In this document: positions 57,470-64,000 of the stretch, in pieces
Layout of the letters: each line of letters opens with the position of its first letter
Numbering within the stretch: position 1 is the stretch's first letter
Assembly: GCA_002104945.1 (NCBI GenBank)
Contig: MCFH01000031.1
Location: 310,001-374,000, forward strand
DNA: 64,000 nucleotides
Direction of reading: 5' to 3'
From: Piromyces finnis finn
Taxonomy: Eukaryota > Fungi > Neocallimastigomycota
Notes under the pieces: generated by a model
Databases searched by the model: none
Seen by the model: the letters and a program-made list of their open reading frames with translations, nothing else
Told to the model about the DNA's origin: nothing
Translations under genes and position numbers: made by a program

Positions 57470-60400
57470 TTTAAAAAATATTTCAAAATACAAAACAAAT
57501 AGTTTTTAAAAATAAATTTAATTTTTTTTTTTTTTTTATGTTATTTATTAGAATGAAGAATCAAGAAACAATAATGTTGAAAAGAATGAACAAATACATG
57601 AAATAAATAATTTAGATGTCTTAAGAAATAATAATAAAACAGAATTTAAGGAGAATAAAGGTCCTATTATAAATGATAACAAAAATGAGGAAATTGAAAT
57701 AGAATGTAATAATCGAGAAATTGTTCTTAACAATGTTGAAATACTCAATAATAATAGTAAAAATAAAAATGATAACAATAATTTAAATACTGAAAAACAT
57801 AATCATAATATTTTAAAAGATATTAATACCAAAGGTCTCAATAAATTAGATAATCTTATTAAGAATATTATTACTAATAAGAATCCTCATTATCAACATT
57901 ATAAATCAGATGAATTTTCACAAGAATTACCAGATAAAGAAATGAAAGATGAAAATACTACTGAAAATATTACATTGAACTATTGTGAAGAAGGTATATT
58001 ATTAATAATTAATTTTATTTGAAAATAAACTTATGCACTTTTTTTAAATTTATTGAATTTAATTTTCATATCTAATTTATGTCTTTATTAATAATTAAAT
58101 TGTATGTATGTATATAAAAATAGAATATAATAATGATGAAAGTGAACAAATGGACACAAATCAATTAAATAATTATAGTAAAGAAATAATGACCTTAAGT
58201 AGTTCGAACATATCAATAGATGATTTAAATAAAAATTTAAGAAATATTTTAAGCATTGATTCATACAATTCTGTAAAAATGCAATATGATTCTGAAAAGG
58301 ATAAAAATAATAATATTAGTGATAGTCAAGCCATTAAAGAAAATAAAAAAGTAAAAAAAATGCCTATCAAAAATGAAGCCATATTAAATGATGAGAATTC
58401 AAGTGTTGAACTTAATAATAAAAAATCAAAAGGTTTGAAAGTTTTAGTAACTAAAAGTGAAAAGAATTATAAAGAATCAAATTCCATGGAATCTTTTGTA
58501 GAAGGAAATTTAGACAGTAAAAATTATAAAAAGGATAAAAACAACAACAGAAATAATTTGAGTAAAAGTTCAAGTAATGATTATTTTGTTAATTTAGTAG
58601 CATCTACAAAAAAGAAGGTAAATTCTAGTACATGAATAAATGGATTATAATAATAATTATTTAATTATAAAATCGTAATTTGACTTGTATAAATAATTAA
58701 TAAGTTATTTTTCTTTTTTTTTTTTTTTTTTTTAATTACATTATTTGAATATATATTTTTTAATAGAAGAAAAAAGAAAATAAAAAATCTTTTGAAAATA
58801 TTAAAATTAAAGGGCATAAACATTCTTCTCCTATTATTTCAAATACACTTTCTTATTCCTCTTCACCTCCAAATCAAAAAAACATTTATTGCCATAAGAA
58901 ATCATGTTCCGCTAGTACTTATAGTGGTTCATATAAAAACATTGAGAGCTTAAATAGTAAGTATAGTAACGCAGTAGATAACTACAAAGTGTGGTCACAT
59001 TCCCCAGGAAATATTGGTCGTAGTCATTCCTATAATAATTCGTTATTGAATAGTAATTCATCAGAAAGTAGTGATATTTCTTTAGAAGGCATTCATAACA
59101 AATATTCGACAAATAAAATTAGTCCTTCAGTAAATAATAATAAAATAATGGAAAATAAAAATGATATTTTATCAGTAGGTCTTTCCTCTTTTGCAACTAC
59201 ACCATCAAGATCCTCTAGTTATAGGAGTAATAAAAGTAATAAATCTTGGAATGAAGAGCATCAATCCTCCAATGTTCCTTCAAGAGTTGATTCGGTACAC
59301 AATTTCTTAATAAGAAATAATCTTCCTTCACTAAATGATAATGGTGTTGATGATTTAACTAGATATTTCATTAATAGTTATAATAGTATTAACAATAGTA
59401 GTAATAATAATACAACAAAAAATAAAAAGCCATCCTCAAAAAATTCCACACCAGAATTAATTGATGGTAAACATTTTACAAATTCAAATTATATATCAAC
59501 AGATAAAAATCCAAAGTTAGCAGCTATTGAGGGACATAATAATAATCAAAACCATCTTATTTCTAATTATTACTTCATGTTAAATAATCAATATCCTTCT
59601 TCAAATAATACATTAATAACACCTCCAATTCCAATGGCATCACTTAATGAATCATCTCTCTATAGTACTTCAGCTATAAATTATAGAAACACATTAAACT
59701 ATTCTAATATATCTGCTATTTCTAATACTACTAGTACTTCGAATAAAAATTTCGATTTTAAACTATTAAAAGAATTATCTTCAGTAAAACAAAATCAATT
59801 GTCTTCATTACCTCTCACAAACTCGAGTTTAAATGATACTGAAAGTTTAAAGGATACTTTTAATTATGATTTAAAAGATATTGATTTAGAGCAAGAAAGC
59901 ATTTTATCTTCTAGTAATGAAGAGGATGATGTTCAAAAAGAAAAGAGTTTAGACGATAATAAGAAAGAAAGAAACCAGTTTTCTAATACTGATAACGATG
60001 ATGATGATCAAAAAGATAAAGAGAATAGTAATAATAAAAATAGTGATAATAAAATCAAATCAAAAAATGTTGCTAAAAATGCAATAGATAGTAATATTAG
60101 TTTATTTGATTCTTTATTAGATAAAGCGCAACAATCTGCAAGTAGAGATAAATCTAATATTCTTTCGATTCCAACAGAATTGAAAGAAAAAAATGAAGTT
60201 AATAATAATGATGATTTTAATAATAAAGGATCATCTTATAAGTTGAAACCACATCCACCTCTCAAGATGGAACAAAAAACTCAAGACCAAGAGGCGATAA
60301 ATACTGGTTCTGATATAGAAAATACAGACATGTTAAGGTACAGTTGTAATTATTCATCAAGTAACTATTCTTTCCCTACTACTACTGCTGCTGCTACTGC

Positions 60401-61667
60401 TACTACTACTACTACCACGACCAGTTACAATATTTTTTCCAATAATGTTTATTCTCCATTTAATACTGGGTTCAATCTCAACTATAGTAACAATCCATTT
60501 ACTAATAGAACTACGGATACTTCTGGTTCTGGTAATGCAAATATCAATTATATATCTTCCATTCAAGGATTTTGTTCTTTTCCCACAAATTCTTACCAAC
60601 AGCAATCCCAAAAGAATGTTTCATTAGATAAAAAAATAAAGAACCACTATCCTATATTTGAGGATAATCAAGCTGAGGAAAAAGATGAATCATTAGAAGG
60701 AAAAAATAATAAAACAAATGTAGAATTGAATGAAGAAGGAAAAGAAGAAGAAAGTGATAAAGAAATAAAAGACATAAATAAAGATTCAAAAGATAAAAAA
60801 GTTCTGAATGGTCAAATGAATCAATGGAATAGTTCATATTCCAAAAATGAAATGAATCCATTTTACAATTATAATAATATCGGTTTTAATTCTCTTTCTA
60901 TAGCTTCAAATACACCATCCACATCTTTATCAACTACTTCAATACCAACTAGTTCTTCTAATGGAAAAATGTCTTCTAGAATGACACCTCTTATTCATTC
61001 TCAACTTAATTCATTTTATTCAACACCTTCTTTAAATTATTCTGATATTGGTTTACCGCCAACTCAACCAACATCTTCTCAGTCATTATCTTCAGTAACG
61101 AAAGCAACAACAACAGCAACACTTAATACAAAAACTTCAAGTATCATTACACCTATTGGTTGTTCCTCATATTCTACTACAACATCAGAATTAGATCCAC
61201 TTTCTTTTTTTTCTATGACCTCATCCTCTTCATTCTTAACTACACCTTCTCCTTCTCTTTCAACCTTTAAAATGACAACTCAAGTATCATCAAATCCTCA
61301 ATCTTTATCTTCCCATTGTTCACCATCAAACTCACAATGTCAAATTTCTACTCTTCCTTCATGGAAGAATAATTTTAGCAATTTCAATTATTCATCGACA
61401 AATTCCAAAACTTCTTCTTTTCTTTCTACTTCGGATAATCTTCTTAAACCACAAAGTTATCCTCTTTCATCCTATTCTATTCATGATCATGGATTTAATA
61501 CAAATAATAATATTCAAATTAATACTTATGATAAAGATCAAATGAATCAACAAAACTCTATTGATATCACTACTACTACCCTTGTAAATCCTACAAATAT
61601 TGATAATAATGTCATCACTGATGAAGTGAAGAACAATGACCATAATGAATCTGAAGAAGAAAAATAG
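54654..61667 (+). CDS. Large membrane-anchored protein with very long Ser/Asn/Lys-rich disordered tail, ~2119 aa
   Basis: Five exons join in frame: 54654-55724, 55978-57429, 57552-57993, 58124-58617, 58767-61667. N-terminal hydrophobic anchor (VKILAILFSLLLTIEISINYF) and a second hydrophobic segment at the end of exon 1 followed by a Lys-rich stretch. No catalytic motif recognised. Confidence 0.75.
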
Positions 61668-62696
61668 AAGTATTATTTAAAAAAAAAAAAAAAAAAAATT
61701 CATAAAAAAATTTCATAAAAAAAAATAATAACAGAAAAATAATTAGAATAAAAAAACTTTTTAAAACATCTTTGTTGATAATAAAAGACAGTAGAAGTAG
61801 AATCAAATAAACTTTTTAATATATACTATTATAATAAATATTAATAAAAAAATTTTTTTTTTTTGTTATGACATGTCGTCTCGTTTTTTATTATTTAAAA
61901 TTATTAATGTTTTTTGTTATTGTTATTGTTATTGTTATTGTTGTTGTTGTTGTAGAAAATATGTATGTATATCTCTGGGATAAAACTTTTTACAAATGCA
62001 ATGGCTAAATTTCTATTATTTTTTTAACAAATAAAATTTTTACATCACTAATGGGTGTCTTTTTCTTTAATGAAATATATCAAGACTCAAAATTTCTTAT
62101 AGCGTTGCAAATAATATTTTTATTCCTATAAATGATTACCATTATAATTTTTGATTATTAACAAATTCTTTTAAAAATTCAAAAATCAAAAAAAAAAAAA
62201 AAAAAATTAAAATATAATCCCATATTATTATGTTAGAAGTGTTTAAAATATTTTTACGTTATTTATTATTATTACTTAAATATATGTAATATATTTTTTT
62301 TTTTTTTTTTTTACTTTTATATATTATAAATTATATTAGATAGAATACTATAAAAAAAGTTACATTGATTAAAAAAAAAAAAAAAAAAAAACTTTTGTAA
62401 CAATATGAAATATATTTCTGTTTATGTATATTTGCTTATTAGATAAATCATAAAAAAATTGACTCGCTTATTATTTTATATTACTTTTTTTTCTTTTTTC
62501 CTTTCTTACCTTGATTCAATTATATTATATATATACATAATTAGAATATACAATATTATTTTGGTAAAGAATAATATATACATATATTTATAAATCGCTT
62601 TGTCATATATGTATTATATATTGAATAAAGAATTAAAATAAATATGAATTATTATATATATATATTATTTTGGTATTGAGAATTAAATATAAAGGA

Positions 62697-62700
<4 letters not shown>

Positions 62701-62760
<60 letters not shown>

Positions 62761-62761
62761 T
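62701..62761. repeat. (ATT)n microsatellite just 3' of the DnaJ gene stop
   Basis: Uninterrupted ATT run. Confidence 0.9.
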
Positions 62762-62786
62762 TGGTTACAATTAAAAATATTTAAAT

Positions 62787-64000
62787 TTAATTTGTGGTAC
62801 TAATTGGGAAATTAGTTGTTGTAGAATCTGGATCTGGTTTAACTGCACTAAAAACTTCACCAATGGCTAATAAGGCATCGGCTCTTCTGCGACGTAATTC
62901 TGATGATACATTAGTATCAAAAAGAACATTATCACATACTTCACGGAGTACACTCTCAATTTCAAGTTTAGAACCACGCCATACGGTTTCCATACCCTTA
63001 TTAGCAGCTTCAAATTCTAATTGAACTTTACGCTCTTGATCTTCTGGTGAAAGCATATTTTCATTCTTTTCAGCTTCTTGTAATTTATTAAAACTTTGTT
63101 GAAGATCAATAGCAGTTTTTAAAGTACCTACTGTTTCTGAAAAAATGTGACCTTTTTCACGCATTAAACCTGTAAATTTAGAAGTGTAACCAAAAAGTTT
63201 ACGGTGAATGGCACCATTATCCACTTCATATTGTGCTAAAGCTTGTTCTGCTTTGTTTCTATAGATATAACCAATGGTATGTAAAATTTCTACACCATAA
63301 TTTTCTTTCTTTAATTCTTCTGATTCTGTTTTCATAATATCTTTGAGAATAGACATTGCTTTACAAGATACCTCCTTTACATCAATATTCATTTCCTTAT
63401 TAATATTATCATCTAATGGGAATGAATGGGTATAAGTACTAAGACGTTCTACTAATTTTGTAGAAAGAGTTTCAACACGCTTTTCACGTTCCAAATGTTT
63501 TTTCCTAAGATCTTCTTCGGTTTCAGCTTGTGTTTTTGTTGATGGATCAGCAGCAGCACCCGAAAGATCATTGAAAATAGAAATGTCACCAATAAGGTCA
63601 GAAAATTTTTCACCACCAAAAGTTTGTTTAAAGAATTCAGATGGATCACTAAATATATCCATATTGGCATCTGATTTACCATATTTATTGTAATTAGCAC
63701 GAAGGTCTGGATCTGAAAGGATTTGGTAGGCTTCTGAAACCTTTTTGAATTTTTCACCTGCTTCAGCATCATTTAAATTTTTATCAGGGTGATATTTTAA
63801 TGCCATTACACGATAAGCTTTTTTAATTTCAGCTTGTGTAGCAGTAGGTTTAAGTCCTAATATATCATAATATTCCATATCTGCTGGTTGTTCATCTGTT
63901 CCCATCTTACCACCAAAAAAGGCATTTGCAGAAGGTTTTGAGGTACTTTCAGTACGTGATTTAGATTTTGTTGTTTCTGGTTTGGTGGTATTAATTGTAC
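62787..64000 (-). CDS. DnaJ (HSP40) co-chaperone with J domain and DnaJ-X domain (DJP1/CAJ1 family), 5' end outside the window
   Basis: J domain YYDILGL...[17 protein letters not shown] (HPD motif) and F...FGGEKF.D.IG. DnaJ-X motifs [15 protein letters not shown] and [17 protein letters not shown]. The frame stays open from 63905 to the window edge ([31 protein letters not shown]). Confidence 0.9.
   Translation of the reverse strand, partial: TINTTKPETTKSKSRTESTSKPSANAFFGGKMGTDEQPADMEYYDILGLKPTATQAEIKKAYRVMALKYHPDKNLNDAEAGEKFKKVSEAYQILSDPDLRANYNKYGKSDANMDIFSDPSEFFKQTFGGEKFSDLIGDISIFNDLSGAAADPSTKTQAETEEDLRKKHLEREKRVETLSTKLVERLSTYTHSFPLDDNINKEMNIDVKEVSCKAMSILKDIMKTESEELKKENYGVEILHTIGYIYRNKAEQALAQYEVDNGAIHRKLFGYTSKFTGLMREKGHIFSETVGTLKTAIDLQQSFNKLQEAEKNENMLSPEDQERKVQLEFEAANKGMETVWRGSKLEIESVLREVCDNVLFDTNVSSELRRRRADALLAIGEVFSAVKPDPDSTTTNFPISTTN

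Overview
Extremely AT-rich, gene-sparse eukaryotic DNA with GT-AG introns, long poly(A)/poly(T) tracts and (AAT)n microsatellites. The composition and gene content (fungal Pcl-type cyclin, DJP1/CAJ1-type J-protein, GH114) best fit an anaerobic gut fungus (Neocallimastigomycota); this is inferred, not proven. I assembled 12 protein-coding gene models by hand from splice sites and frame continuity: (1) secreted GH114 hydrolase, (2) Cys-rich type I membrane protein with PY motifs, (3) Pcl-like cyclin with a huge Asn-rich tail broken by indels in an AAT repeat, (4) catalytically intact 7-TM rhomboid, (5) M13 neprilysin-like peptidase with 12 exons, (6) PX-domain protein, (7) coiled-coil plus W2-like domain protein, (8) prokaryote-like metallophosphoesterase with two introns, (9) F-box protein, (10) orphan ORF, (11) ~2100-aa membrane-anchored low-complexity protein, (12) DnaJ/DnaJ-X chaperone truncated by the window end. 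There is also a small Ty3/gypsy gag-like relic and a ~60-bp palindrome. I saw no rRNA, tRNA, CRISPR array or intact transposon. I found no convincing novel multi-gene system. The best leads are single genes: the candidate horizontally acquired phosphoesterase, the stand-alone W2-like protein, the giant Asn-rich cyclin and the GH114. All family calls come from motifs recognised by eye; no database search was run.
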